Below the pieces are notes generated by a model. The model was not told the DNA's origin and did not search any database. It saw nothing but the letters and a program-made list of their open reading frames with translations. Of a stretch of DNA of 64,000 nt, positions 45,299 to 55,685 are shown piece by piece (within the stretch, counting starts at the first letter, position 1; every line of letters starts with the position of its first letter). The stretch covers positions 6,562-70,561 of the forward strand of contig CAUQBI010000012.1 of the NCBI GenBank assembly GCA_963516375.1. Reading direction: 5' to 3'. Source of the stretch: Haemophilus parainfluenzae. GTDB taxonomy: Bacteria > Pseudomonadota > Gammaproteobacteria > Enterobacterales > Pasteurellaceae. A program made the position numbers and the translations under genes.

Positions 45299-46185
45299 AT
45301 TTTCCCTAATTTTATTGAATCTTTAATCCATGTTCTAAAGGCTTGAATCTGTTCATCATCTAAACGATCTAAATGATTGACTACATAGAATGATTTCGGA
45401 TCCCGTAATTCGGTTGGTAACACAATTTGTAGATGACCATTTTCAATTTCTTGTTGAGCCAAAATACGATTAGCTAGCACTACACCCTGACCATGAACAG
45501 CAGCTTGCAATGCCATAAAGGTATGGCTAAATAATGGACCTTGCTGAATATTCAAATCATCTAATTTGAGATAATCTGCCATTGCTTGCCAGTTATCTCG
45601 AGTATGCGTGTGAATCAGCGTGTGCTTTTTCAAATCATGAGGAGAACCTACCGGTATTTTTTCAAGCAATGCAGGCGCAGCCAAAATCACGAGGTTTTCT
45701 TCACCTAACCGATCGACTTGTAAATTTTCCCAATCACCTTTGCCATAATAAATGGCAATATCAATTTCTTTATTTAATAAACCTTCATCTTGATCAACGC
45801 CCTTCAAGCGTACTTCAATTTCAGGGTGTTGCTTATTAAAATCACTCAAATGTGGCACAAGCCATTGAATACCAAAGGTTTGTGGCACACTAATTGCCAA
45901 ATGTGGTTCTGCTTTAAGTGTTAATAAACGTTCGGTCGCTTCATTTAATTTTCGTAAAATTTTATTGATATCAACAAAATAGGCTTTCCCAAATTCAGTC
46001 AATTCGAGCGAACGATTTTTGCGTATAAAAAGCTCTATACCTAAAAAATCTTCTAATAATTTTATTTGATGGCTCACTGCGGCTTGTGTCACAAAAAGTT
46101 CATCAGCAGCCTTTGTAAAACTTAAATGTCGAGCAGCTGATTCGAAAGACTTCAATGAATTCAGGGGAGGCAAACGTTTATACAT
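45295..46185 (-). CDS. gcvA: LysR-type regulator GcvA
   Basis: [20 protein letters not shown] and [10 protein letters not shown]; divergent from gcvB and followed by rlmM. Confidence 0.95.
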   Translation of the reverse strand: MYKRLPPLNSLKSFESAARHLSFTKAADELFVTQAAVSHQIKLLEDFLGIELFIRKNRSLELTEFGKAYFVDINKILRKLNEATERLLTLKAEPHLAISVPQTFGIQWLVPHLSDFNKQHPEIEVRLKGVDQDEGLLNKEIDIAIYYGKGDWENLQVDRLGEENLVILAAPALLEKIPVGSPHDLKKHTLIHTHTRDNWQAMADYLKLDDLNIQQGPLFSHTFMALQAAVHGQGVVLANRILAQQEIENGHLQIVLPTELRDPKSFYVVNHLDRLDDEQIQAFRTWIKDSIKLGKI

Positions 46186-46274
46186 AATTCTTCCCAACGG
46201 CTAAATTTTAGTTTATAATGAAAAAGATTTAATTCGGATTAGTTTTTTTTATGCATCAAATAAAAAAACATCAT

Positions 46275-46303
46275 TTGTCCTTCCATTACCTTCTACCTAC
46301 AAT
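46275..46303 (+). promoter_or_regulatory. gcvB promoter
   Basis: TTGTCC-N17-TACAAT, divergent from gcvA. Confidence 0.65.
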
Positions 46304-46311
46304 ATACACAT

Positions 46312-46484
46312 ACTTAATGATTGGTAATTCCTTACAAGTTAATGAGTTTCAGACTTAAGTATGATGTTGTGTTTGCATATAGTTCGGTTCTCCGAACTGG
46401 AGTAACAATTAAGTTACTCATTTACTTCCTGTATATATTAAACCATTCTGGTTAAGCGCTGCTCATTTCGAGCGGCGTTTTTTT
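46312..46484 (+). ncRNA. gcvB: GcvB small regulatory RNA
   Basis: Divergent from gcvA; GU-rich R1 seed GATGTTGTGTTTGCA, R2-like ACTTCCTGTA and terminator gcgctgctc/gagcggcgt with a T-run. Confidence 0.92.
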
Positions 46485-46667
46485 ATTCCCGCATTCTAAC
46501 ATAAGCAAAATTTTATTTCCTGACCAACTTCACAAATTTAAAAACCTACACAAAATTTTTGAGAAATCACAATATTTTTGTGTTTAAAGGTTTTCATAGT
46601 TGCCGTTATGGTGTAGATTAACTGCATTTCCATTCATAAAATGATTTATACAAATTAAGGAAGCAAA

Positions 46668-47699
46668 ATGAAAGACTTAGACTGGAACAATCTTGGATTT
46701 AGTTATATCAAAACAGATTATCGTTTCATCGCACATTGGAAAGATGGTAAATGGGATGAAGGTAAACTCACCACTGATAATATGTTACATATCCACGAAG
46801 GTTCAACTGCTATTCACTACGGTCAACAATGCTTTGAAGGCTTGAAAGCCTATCGTTGTAAAGATGGTTCAATCAACTTATTCCGTCCTGATCAAAATGC
46901 AAAACGCATGCAACACACCTCTGATCGCTTATTAATGCCACAAGTGCCAACAGAATTATTTATCCGTGCTTGTAAAGAAGTGGTGAAAGCAAACCAAGAA
47001 TGGTTAGGTCCTTACGGCTCTGGCGCAACATTATATTTACGTCCATTTCTCTTTGGTACTGGCGCGAATATCGGTGTAAAAACCGCACCAGAATTTATTT
47101 TCTCTGTATTCTGCTGCCCTGTCGGCGCATACTTTAAAGGCGGTTTAGCACCATCTAACTTCATTACGACTGATTACGACCGTGCTGCTCCTATGGGAAC
47201 CGGTGGCGTAAAAGTGGGTGGTAACTATGCTGCAAGCTTGCTTCCTCATGAACTAGCCGCAGAACAAGGTACACCAGAACGTAAATTTGCAGACGCGATT
47301 TACCTAGATCCTAAAACTCACACTAAAATTGAAGAAGTGGGTGCAGCAAACTTCTTTGGTATCACCAAAGATAACAAATTTATCACACCAGCTTCTGACT
47401 CAATTTTACCGAGTATCACTAAATACTCATTGCTTCACATTGCGAAAGAACGTTTAGGTATGGAAGCCATTGAGGGTGACGTGTATATTGATCAACTTGA
47501 TCAATTCGCCGAAGCGGGGGCTTGTGGTACTGCCGCAGTGATTACGCCAGTAGGTGGCATTCAACATAAAGGTAAATTCCACGTATTCTATTCAGAAACT
47601 GAAGTAGGCCCTGTTACACGTAAACTTTACAACGAGCTAACCGGCATCCAATTCGGTGATGTTGAAGCACCTGAAGGCTGGATTGTAAAAGTAGAATAA
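46668..47699 (+). CDS. ilvE: Branched-chain amino acid aminotransferase
   Basis: [26 protein letters not shown] and CGTAAVITP. Confidence 0.96.
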   Translation: MKDLDWNNLGFSYIKTDYRFIAHWKDGKWDEGKLTTDNMLHIHEGSTAIHYGQQCFEGLKAYRCKDGSINLFRPDQNAKRMQHTSDRLLMPQVPTELFIRACKEVVKANQEWLGPYGSGATLYLRPFLFGTGANIGVKTAPEFIFSVFCCPVGAYFKGGLAPSNFITTDYDRAAPMGTGGVKVGGNYAASLLPHELAAEQGTPERKFADAIYLDPKTHTKIEEVGAANFFGITKDNKFITPASDSILPSITKYSLLHIAKERLGMEAIEGDVYIDQLDQFAEAGACGTAAVITPVGGIQHKGKFHVFYSETEVGPVTRKLYNELTGIQFGDVEAPEGWIVKVE

Positions 47700-47737
47700 T
47701 TTTCCTTTCTATCAACAAATCGAGATTCATTTAATTC

Positions 47738-47776
47738 AAGGACTAAGTTCTATCACTATAGGACTTAGTCCTTTTA
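47738..47776 (+). terminator. ilvE terminator
   Basis: aaggactaagt...acttagtcctttt. Confidence 0.75.
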
Positions 47777-47898
47777 ATTTTTACACGCTTTGTATAACGT
47801 ATGTTTCAGTAGAAATACCCCATTAATAATATTTAACTCACGCCAAAATACTTCAAAATCAACCGCACATTTCCCCTTTTATTGTGTGCCTATATTTC

Positions 47899-47945
47899 AA
47901 ATTATGATCTTCATCACAGTTTTATTCAAACATATCGATTAGAAT
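47899..47945 (+). promoter_or_regulatory. Class II CRP-dependent promoter of oadGAB
   Basis: TATGA-tcttca-TCACA at 47903-47918, centred -41.5 from the -10 TAGAAT (47940-47945). Confidence 0.7.
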
Positions 47946-47982
47946 AAAATTGTCCATTTTTTCAAACAAATAAGGAAGAAAA

Positions 47983-48252
47983 ATGATGACTCCCTCTGCA
48001 CTTATAGGCGAAGGAATTAACCTGATGTTTTCAGGGATGGGTTTTGTATTGGTCTTTTTGCTCATTTTAATTTGGGCAATTGGAGTGATGTCTAAACTTA
48101 TCAATCGATTCTTTCCTGAACCTCAACCCGAACCAAAAACTTCCCAAAATTCAACCGCACTTTCTGCGGCACCTACTGACGATTTTGAGCGTTTACGTCC
48201 TGTGATTGCAGCGGCTATCGCACACCATCGCCGTACCCAACAGTTCAAATAA
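47983..48252 (+). CDS. oadG: Oxaloacetate decarboxylase gamma subunit
   Basis: [11 protein letters not shown], Pro-rich linker and IAAAIAHHR. Confidence 0.93.
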   Translation: MMTPSALIGEGINLMFSGMGFVLVFLLILIWAIGVMSKLINRFFPEPQPEPKTSQNSTALSAAPTDDFERLRPVIAAAIAHHRRTQQFK

Positions 48253-48267
48253 CATAAGGATTTTACT

Positions 48268-50058
48268 ATGACTAAAAAAATTAAAATGACAGAACTGGTG
48301 CTTCGTGATGCCCACCAATCACTTTTCGCAACGCGCTTGCGTCTTGATGATATGTTGCCAATTGCTCATGAATTAGATGATATTGGCTATTGGTCATTGG
48401 AAGCTTGGGGCGGTGCAACATTTGATAGCTGTATTCGCTTTTTAGGTGAAGATCCGTGGGTTCGTTTGCGTGAATTGAAAAAAGCCTGTCCAAAAACCCC
48501 ATTACAAATGTTATTACGTGGTCAAAACCTATTAGGCTATCGCCACTATGCTGATGACGTGGTAGAACGTTTCGTAGAACGTTGTGTAGCGAATGGTATG
48601 GATATTTTCCGCGTATTCGATGCGCTCAATGACCCGCGTAATATGAAAGCAGCGTTGCAAGCAGTTCGTAAATTTGGTGGTCATGCTCAAGGGACTTTAA
48701 GTTATACCACCAGCCCTGTACATACTATGCAAACCTGGCTTGATACGACTGAACAATTACTTGAAATCGGTATCGATAGCTTGGTCATCAAAGACATGTC
48801 CGGTATTTTAAATCCAATGGCTGCGGCAGACTTAGTACGCGAAATCAAAAAACGTTTCGACGTAGAATTGCATTTACATTGCCACTCCACCACTGGTATG
48901 GCAGAAATGGCGCTATTAAAAGCGGTTGAAGCAGGTGTTGATGGTATTGATACGGCAATTTCTTCTATGTCAGGTACTTATGGTCACCCTGCAACTGAAT
49001 CCCTAGTCGCCACCTTACAAGGTACTGAATATGACACCGGTTTGGATATTCCTCGCTTGGAAAAAATTGCTGCCTATTTCCGTAATGTGCGTAAAAAATA
49101 TGCCAAATTTGAAGGCCAATTACGCGGTGTAGATAGCCGTATTTTAGTGGCACAAGTGCCAGGCGGTATGCTCACCAACTTGGAAAACCAATTAAAACAA
49201 CAAAATGCGTCCGATAAATTAGATTTAGTATTAGAAGAAATCCCACGCGTGCGCAAAGACTTGGGCTACATTCCACTCGTTACACCAACCTCTCAAATTG
49301 TTGGTACACAATCGGTCATTAACGTACTTACTGGCGAACGCTACAAAACTATCGCCAAAGAAACTGCTGGTATTTTAAAAGGTGAATACGGTAAAACGCC
49401 TGCACCAGTAGATAGTGCGTTGCAAGCTCGAGTATTAGAAGGTGCAGCACCAGTAACAGACCGTCCAGCCGATCACATTGCGCCTGAAATGGCGAAAATT
49501 GAAGCTGAAGTTGCAGAACAAGCTAAAGCGAAAGGCGTGAAATTAGCAGACAATGCTGTGGATGATGCTTTAATCGTGGCGCTCTTCCCGCAAATTGCGT
49601 GGAAATTCTTAGAAAACCGCAACAACCCAGCCGCCTTTGAGCCAGCCCCTACCGGCAATGAAAGTGCGGTGGAAAATAAACCTGTTTCTAAAGCTGCACC
49701 ATCTGCTTCTGGCTCTGCGGTTTATACCGTGGAATTGGAAGGCAAAGCCTTTGTGGTAAAAGTCAGTGAAGGCGGTGATATCTCTCATGTTGCGACTACT
49801 GCTCCGCAAGCTGCGCCACAAGCGGCTACAGCTCCAGCAACCGGTGGTACGCCAGTAACGGCTCCAATGGCGGGTAATATTTGGAAAGTGGTTGCAACAG
49901 AAGGTCAAACCGTAGCAGCTGGCGATGTACTATTCATTCTCGAAGCCATGAAAATGGAAACTGAAGTGAAAGCAGCACAAGCTGGTACCGTACGTGGCAT
50001 TTGCGTCAAAGCCGGTGATGCTGTCGCCGTAGGTGACACCGTGATGACCTTAGCATAA
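48268..50058 (+). CDS. oadA: Oxaloacetate decarboxylase alpha subunit
   Basis: [18 protein letters not shown], Ala/Pro linker and biotin motif EAMKME. Confidence 0.97.
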   Translation: MTKKIKMTELVLRDAHQSLFATRLRLDDMLPIAHELDDIGYWSLEAWGGATFDSCIRFLGEDPWVRLRELKKACPKTPLQMLLRGQNLLGYRHYADDVVERFVERCVANGMDIFRVFDALNDPRNMKAALQAVRKFGGHAQGTLSYTTSPVHTMQTWLDTTEQLLEIGIDSLVIKDMSGILNPMAAADLVREIKKRFDVELHLHCHSTTGMAEMALLKAVEAGVDGIDTAISSMSGTYGHPATESLVATLQGTEYDTGLDIPRLEKIAAYFRNVRKKYAKFEGQLRGVDSRILVAQVPGGMLTNLENQLKQQNASDKLDLVLEEIPRVRKDLGYIPLVTPTSQIVGTQSVINVLTGERYKTIAKETAGILKGEYGKTPAPVDSALQARVLEGAAPVTDRPADHIAPEMAKIEAEVAEQAKAKGVKLADNAVDDALIVALFPQIAWKFLENRNNPAAFEPAPTGNESAVENKPVSKAAPSASGSAVYTVELEGKAFVVKVSEGGDISHVATTAPQAAPQAATAPATGGTPVTAPMAGNIWKVVATEGQTVAAGDVLFILEAMKMETEVKAAQAGTVRGICVKAGDAVAVGDTVMTLA

Positions 50059-50068
50059 GGAATAGTCT

Positions 50069-51373
50069 ATGGAGAGTATTATTGCGTTAATTAAAGGGAT
50101 GGGCATATTCCATCTGCAATGGGGGCAAGCGGTGATGATCGCTGTAAGCCTACTGTTGCTGTGGCTTGCCATCTCGCGCAAATTTGAACCTTTGTTGTTA
50201 CTGCCAATTGGTTTCGGCGGATTATTGTCCAATATCCCTGAAGCTGGTCTTGCTATGACAGCATTGGAGAATTTGCTTCATCTCGGCTCACCTGAACAAA
50301 TTGCGGTAATCGCTTCGCAATTGGGTGTACCACCCGATCCAGCCTTGATAAAAACTGCGCTAAATTCTGCGCCGATATCGATGATAAATCAATTAGAAGC
50401 GTTATCTGTGGATATGGGTTATAGCGCCGGTATTTTGGCATTGTTCTATAAAGTTGCGATCAGCTACGGTATTGCACCATTGGTCATTTTTATGGGCGTA
50501 GGTGCAATGACAGACTTTGGTCCGTTATTAGCCAATCCGAAAACATTGCTACTTGGTGCGGCTGCTCAATTCGGTATTTTCGCTACCGTGCTCGGTGCGC
50601 TAGCGTTAAATTATTTCGGTATTATCGAATTTACGCTGCCTCAAGCTGCCTCTATCGGCATTATTGGTGGTGCAGATGGCCCGACAGCGATTTATCTTAC
50701 CAGTAAACTGGCACCTGAATTGCTTGGTGCGATTGCCGTGGCGGCCTATTCCTACATGGCATTAGTGCCGTTGATTCAACCACCGATTATGAAAGCCTTA
50801 ACCACAGAAGAAGAACGCAAAATCCGCATGACACAAATGCGCCATGTGAGTAATCGTGAAAAAGTCTTGTTCCCGGTGATTTTGCTGTTACTCGTTGGGT
50901 TACTCCTACCGGATGCTGCCCCATTACTCGGGATGTTCTGTTTCGGTAATCTCATGCGTGTAAGTGGCGTAGTAGAACGTTTAAGCGACACCACACAAAA
51001 CGCCTTGATTAACATTGTAACCATTGTGCTTGGCTTGTCTGTGGGCTCTAAACTGATTGCAGATAAATTCCTACAACCGCAAACATTAGGCATTTTAATT
51101 CTTGGTGTCATTGCTTTCGGAATCGGTACAGGTAGTGGTGTATTAATGGCAAAATTGATGAACAAATTCAGCAAAAACAAAATTAACCCACTCATCGGTT
51201 CTGCTGGCGTATCTGCCGTTCCTATGGCAGCTCGCGTTTCCAACAAAATCGGATTGGAAGCGGATAACCAAAACTTCCTACTTATGCATGCGATGGGACC
51301 GAATGTTGCCGGTGTGGTTGGCTCGGCCATTGCCGCTGGGGTCATGTTAAAATATGTCGGAACGTTGATGTAA
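50069..51373 (+). CDS. oadB: Oxaloacetate decarboxylase beta subunit (Na+ pump)
   Basis: [30 protein letters not shown] and HAMGPNVAG. Confidence 0.97.
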   Translation: MESIIALIKGMGIFHLQWGQAVMIAVSLLLLWLAISRKFEPLLLLPIGFGGLLSNIPEAGLAMTALENLLHLGSPEQIAVIASQLGVPPDPALIKTALNSAPISMINQLEALSVDMGYSAGILALFYKVAISYGIAPLVIFMGVGAMTDFGPLLANPKTLLLGAAAQFGIFATVLGALALNYFGIIEFTLPQAASIGIIGGADGPTAIYLTSKLAPELLGAIAVAAYSYMALVPLIQPPIMKALTTEEERKIRMTQMRHVSNREKVLFPVILLLLVGLLLPDAAPLLGMFCFGNLMRVSGVVERLSDTTQNALINIVTIVLGLSVGSKLIADKFLQPQTLGILILGVIAFGIGTGSGVLMAKLMNKFSKNKINPLIGSAGVSAVPMAARVSNKIGLEADNQNFLLMHAMGPNVAGVVGSAIAAGVMLKYVGTLM

Positions 51374-51414
51374 GGTTAAACTGAAAAACACCTAAATGAG
51401 GTTCATAAAATAAC

Positions 51415-51445
51415 AAAAAGAGCGGTCAATTTGACCGCTCTTTTA
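51415..51445. terminator. Bidirectional terminator from a variant USS pair
   Basis: aaAAGAGCGGTcaa-t-ttgACCGCTCTTtt between convergent oadB and the aas-like gene. Confidence 0.78.
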
Positions 51446-51461
51446 TTTATGACGATTTTCG

Positions 51462-54400
51462 TTACTCAACCAGACTCATCGCCAGATTCTTCGCGCCTTT
51501 GAAATCTACTTTACCACTTCCTAACATCGGAATTTCATCCACTAAGAAGACTTGGCTTGGTAGCATAATCGGCGGTACATTTAATCCTTTAATGCGTTCA
51601 TTGATCTCATCTAAAGAAAGCGCAGACTTGATTAAAAGCACAATGCTCTCGCCTTTTTTATCATCGCTTACAGCCACCGCAACGAATTGATTTTCTTCAT
51701 CAAATGCTTGTGAAAGTTTCTCTTCCACACTACCGAGGCTGATCATTTCACCGCCGACTTTAGCAAATCGAGAATAACGATCCACAATGGTAATAAAGCC
51801 GTTATGATCGATATGGCCTTTATCGCCAGTTTTGTAATAACGCACACCATCAATTTCAACAATCACTTCTGCTGTTTTTTCTGGTACATTCAAATAACCT
51901 TTCATCACTTGCCCACCACCAATCAAGATCAAGCCGTCTTCGCCAACTGGTAATTCTTGCAAACTTTCTGGATCCACAATTTTAATAATGGTACCCGGTA
52001 ATGGCATACCTACCGTACCCGCTTGATTGAAGGTAAATTCCTGTAAGGTTTCCGGATCAAGTAAATTAGGCATATTTACACTAGCTACTGGTGCGGTTTC
52101 AGTCGCACCATAACCTTCGTAAATTTCCAAACCAAATTTAAGTTTAAAGGCTTCTTTCACATCTGCTTTCAATTTTTCGGCACCCGCAATAACCATACGC
52201 ACGTTTTGTAGCATCAACGGATGGAATTTCTTATTGCGTACATATAACCTAAAGAAAGTTGAAGTCCCAAATAAAATACTCACCCGATGTCGAGCACACA
52301 TTTTTCCTACTGTCGCCCCATCTGTTGGATCCGCCACACTCACCATTTTAATCCCTTCACACAATGGCAATAAAGTTGTCACGGTTAATCCGAATGAGTG
52401 GAAAATCGGTAAAGAATTTAAAATCACATCATCTTTATGGAAGTTTAATAATTCACCGATCTGTTTAATGTTCGTCAGTAAATTTTTATGGCTTAATTCA
52501 ATGCCTTTCGGATCACCTTCACTACCACTACTGAATAAGATGGTGGCATTATCTTCCAAGCTTACATCTGCAAAGTAGCGTAATTTAATCCACCATTGCG
52601 GCGCTAAAAACGCCGTTAAAAATGACCGCACTTTATTTGCTTTAGTGATCGATTTCCCTAAATTTTCCATAAAGAGGGCTTTATCAGCCACCACTTGGCT
52701 AAAGTCAAAACCTTTTGCGTTCAACTTTTCTAAGAATTTTTCAGAGGTAATGACTTGCGAAATGTTGGCTTTTTTCAACGCTTTTTCCATTACTTCTGGG
52801 CTTAGCGTGTAGTTTAAATTTACCGGTACTTTGCCCATCACCATTAGGGTCATATTGATAATTGCCCCGATTGATGAACTTGGTAATAACACACCAATAT
52901 TTTTTTCATTCCCTAAAGCGGCTTTCAAGGTTTTCACAAACATCAACACGGCAGCAATAAATTTCAGGTTATTCAGTTTAGTGCCTTGCGCATCTACGGT
53001 AGCTTCTTTGAATAAATTCGATTTTGCTGAACTCAACCAATGATGCATTAGCGGTTTACGTTTACTCATGACTTTTTCCCATACGGAGAAAGAAAGTTCG
53101 AGTACTTTTTGCTTCATCGCTGTCGCATCAATAAAGCCATGAATGGGTTTACCAAATGCCACTAAAATTTCACGTTTACCTTGGCGTTTAGTTAAATTCT
53201 TATAGAAAGAATCCGCACGAGAGAAGCTGCTACCCCACAATCCACGTAAATAGAAAGGAACCGTTGTGACATTCTCTAAATCTTTTAATACGTGCTCAAA
53301 GCCTTTTTGGAACTCATTGATTTGACCGTTATAACTGATATGACCTTCTGGGAATAACGCCACTACTTCACCACGCGCTAAATATTCACGAATAGTTTCA
53401 ATAGATTCACGACTTGAGCCTCCACCAATTGGGATGACTTTGAAAATACGGAAGAACCAAGTGAGATACCATTTGTTGTAAATCGGACGATACATGACAA
53501 ATTTAATCGCACGCGGGCTAGCCGCTTGTAACACCAACCAGTCAATCCAGCTAATATGGTTACCTAATAACAACACACCACCACTTTGTGGAAGATTTTT
53601 TAACCCATCCACATGAAAACGGTAATTTGCTTTTAATGCAAAGAGCAAGAATAAACGCGTAAATAAATGAGGCACTTTCGACATGGTATATAGACTCGCA
53701 GCAAAACATGCAGCAGAAGTTACTAAGAATAAACCTTGAGTCGAAACATTAAGTTGTACAAAAACAATACTTAATAGCAAAAAAACCACCATAAACACGT
53801 TTTGTACAAAGTTGTTACCTGCCATGATTTTGCCGCTGATTTTCTCCGGTGCAAAATACTGAATGGTCGCATTTAATGGCACGATTAATAAACCGCCAGA
53901 GAAACCAAAGACAAAAGAACAAAGTGCTAATACCACCCCACTTTGGGCTAGGGTTAAGAAGAATAATGATGCACAAATACCCAATGCACCAAGCGGCACA
54001 ATACCTAACTCAATATGCAAACGAGAAGCACGTCCAGCAAGATATGAACCAAGTACTAGTCCTACGCCACTTACCGCTAAAATTGCTTGAATGACAACAG
54101 CATTATCTTCATTGAACATCGCTTTATAATGTGCAGGGAACGCTGCCACAATAATTTGTGACACACCCCAAAAGAGACTTAATCCAATGACACTCAACCA
54201 AATATTTTGATCTGCTTTTAATGTGCGAACGTTATCTTTTAAATACCCTAAAGAAAGGTATTTTCTCATATCAAACTGACCATCTGTATTCTCAGCTTCT
54301 TGCTTAAAGAATGGGATTTTAAACGCAAAATAGGCTTCTAGTGCACTCAATAATACTAATGCTACACCTATCACCCAAACACTTTGTAATACTTCATTCG

Positions 54401-54911
54401 GATCATCTGATGCCACATAATGCGCTTCAAAGAAGAAAGAAAAGGCAAAAGAACTAAATAGAATAGCCACAATGGTGAGCGCTTGAATCACACCGTTTGC
54501 CATACCGATATTTTCAGTGCCCACAATCGATTTAATAATGCTATATTTGGCTGGAGAATAGACCGCACTTTGCGCCGCCAAAATCAATGTGAGTACAAAG
54601 GAAAGCGCAAACATTCCCGTCATATAACTCACTAAAATCCCCGCACTGATCACCACAGCCGCTAAACTGCTGTAACGGATAACATTGGTGCGAGAAAATT
54701 TATCGTTGATAAATGCCGAAGGGGAAAACAAGAAAATAAACGGTAATAAAATCATGGCATTAATTAACGCCGTTAAAACGACCAAGCTCTCCCCTGAAAA
54801 GCTTTTCAGTAACACATTTTGAATAGTAATTTTATGTGCCAAATCCACACTGGCATTAATAAAGGCAATGGCTAAATAAGGCACAAAGCCAGCATATTTT
54901 AAGAGTTTCAT
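51462..54911 (-). CDS. aas: Three-domain fusion of an LplT-like MFS transporter, a lysophospholipid acyltransferase and an acyl-ACP synthetase (Aas-like)
   Basis: About 420-aa hydrophobic MFS (QSAVYSPAKY); acyltransferase NHISWID and FPEG; AMP-binding FSSGSEGDPKG, EGYGATE and RFAKVGGEM. Confidence 0.88.
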   Translation of the reverse strand: MKLLKYAGFVPYLAIAFINASVDLAHKITIQNVLLKSFSGESLVVLTALINAMILLPFIFLFSPSAFINDKFSRTNVIRYSSLAAVVISAGILVSYMTGMFALSFVLTLILAAQSAVYSPAKYSIIKSIVGTENIGMANGVIQALTIVAILFSSFAFSFFFEAHYVASDDPNEVLQSVWVIGVALVLLSALEAYFAFKIPFFKQEAENTDGQFDMRKYLSLGYLKDNVRTLKADQNIWLSVIGLSLFWGVSQIIVAAFPAHYKAMFNEDNAVVIQAILAVSGVGLVLGSYLAGRASRLHIELGIVPLGALGICASLFFLTLAQSGVVLALCSFVFGFSGGLLIVPLNATIQYFAPEKISGKIMAGNNFVQNVFMVVFLLLSIVFVQLNVSTQGLFLVTSAACFAASLYTMSKVPHLFTRLFLLFALKANYRFHVDGLKNLPQSGGVLLLGNHISWIDWLVLQAASPRAIKFVMYRPIYNKWYLTWFFRIFKVIPIGGGSSRESIETIREYLARGEVVALFPEGHISYNGQINEFQKGFEHVLKDLENVTTVPFYLRGLWGSSFSRADSFYKNLTKRQGKREILVAFGKPIHGFIDATAMKQKVLELSFSVWEKVMSKRKPLMHHWLSSAKSNLFKEATVDAQGTKLNNLKFIAAVLMFVKTLKAALGNEKNIGVLLPSSSIGAIINMTLMVMGKVPVNLNYTLSPEVMEKALKKANISQVITSEKFLEKLNAKGFDFSQVVADKALFMENLGKSITKANKVRSFLTAFLAPQWWIKLRYFADVSLEDNATILFSSGSEGDPKGIELSHKNLLTNIKQIGELLNFHKDDVILNSLPIFHSFGLTVTTLLPLCEGIKMVSVADPTDGATVGKMCARHRVSILFGTSTFFRLYVRNKKFHPLMLQNVRMVIAGAEKLKADVKEAFKLKFGLEIYEGYGATETAPVASVNMPNLLDPETLQEFTFNQAGTVGMPLPGTIIKIVDPESLQELPVGEDGLILIGGGQVMKGYLNVPEKTAEVIVEIDGVRYYKTGDKGHIDHNGFITIVDRYSRFAKVGGEMISLGSVEEKLSQAFDEENQFVAVAVSDDKKGESIVLLIKSALSLDEINERIKGLNVPPIMLPSQVFLVDEIPMLGSGKVDFKGAKNLAMSLVE

Positions 54912-55549
54912 TTTGCACTCTCCGCTTGATAAAGATTAAAGGTTTTCATATTCAAGAGATAAGGTTTTAACACCAACAATAAATCAAATAAGTGTTTTAA
55001 TTTTTCATCTTTTTGTTCGCTATTAGCTAATGCTGCTAAAGTCACATTCACCTCTTTTTCCGCTAACATTTTTGCGGCAGCCAAATAAGCTTTCACTACA
55101 TCCATTTCGGCTTCATCACAACGCGCCAAGATTGCCAAAATATCTCGTTCTTTTGCGGTAAAAATGCCTTCACGAGGATTCAATAATCCTTCTGCTACCA
55201 TCTCTTCGATTTGCTGAGTAGAAAGATGAAATTCTGCAGAGAGTTGCTCCACTGAAAATACTTCATTTTCAGCGCCCATGATGATGCCTAATAATCCAAT
55301 AAGACTTTCATAAGGATTATTCCAATCAAAATGAGGATGTGCAAAAAGTGCTTTAATTTGTGAAATTGTCGCATTGAAATTGCTTTGTAGATATTTAATA
55401 AAGCTGAGTAACTTCACACAATGTTCATCATAGAGATGAAAATTCGGTTTATCTTTCACCGGCTCAGGCAACAAACCTTCTTTCACATAGTACAGCACCG
55501 TGGATTTTGGTGTCTGACTAAGCTTAACTAAATCATTCATTTTTAACAT
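54908..55549 (-). CDS. MerR-family transcriptional regulator
   Basis: N-terminal LKMNDLVK...KSTVLYYVKEGLLP...Y winged HTH; ATGA overlap with the downstream fusion gene. Confidence 0.8.
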   Translation of the reverse strand: MLKMNDLVKLSQTPKSTVLYYVKEGLLPEPVKDKPNFHLYDEHCVKLLSFIKYLQSNFNATISQIKALFAHPHFDWNNPYESLIGLLGIIMGAENEVFSVEQLSAEFHLSTQQIEEMVAEGLLNPREGIFTAKERDILAILARCDEAEMDVVKAYLAAAKMLAEKEVNVTLAALANSEQKDEKLKHLFDLLLVLKPYLLNMKTFNLYQAESAK

Positions 55550-55641
55550 CAGGATTTCCCTCTAGGTTGATTTGTTGTGTATTGTAGCGGATAAAAATAA
55601 AAAGTAAACAGTGTTACTTTACACTTTTAATTAAATTTAAT

Positions 55642-55675
55642 AAAAAAGTTGTTTATCGCATGATAAACAACTTTC
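55642..55675 (-). terminator. Terminator of the OppA-like gene
   Basis: aaagttgtttatc-gcat-gataaacaacttt with an A-run. Confidence 0.75.
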
Positions 55676-55685
55676 TTAATCAGCT

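Noticed and set aside
49780..49870. Short repeats encoding APQAAPQAA in oadA
   Set aside because: Ordinary Ala/Pro linker before the biotin domain
55573..55580. Perfect ACACAACA GcvB-target motif upstream of the MerR gene
   Set aside because: It falls between the predicted -10 and +1, so it is probably not transcribed unless an upstream promoter exists
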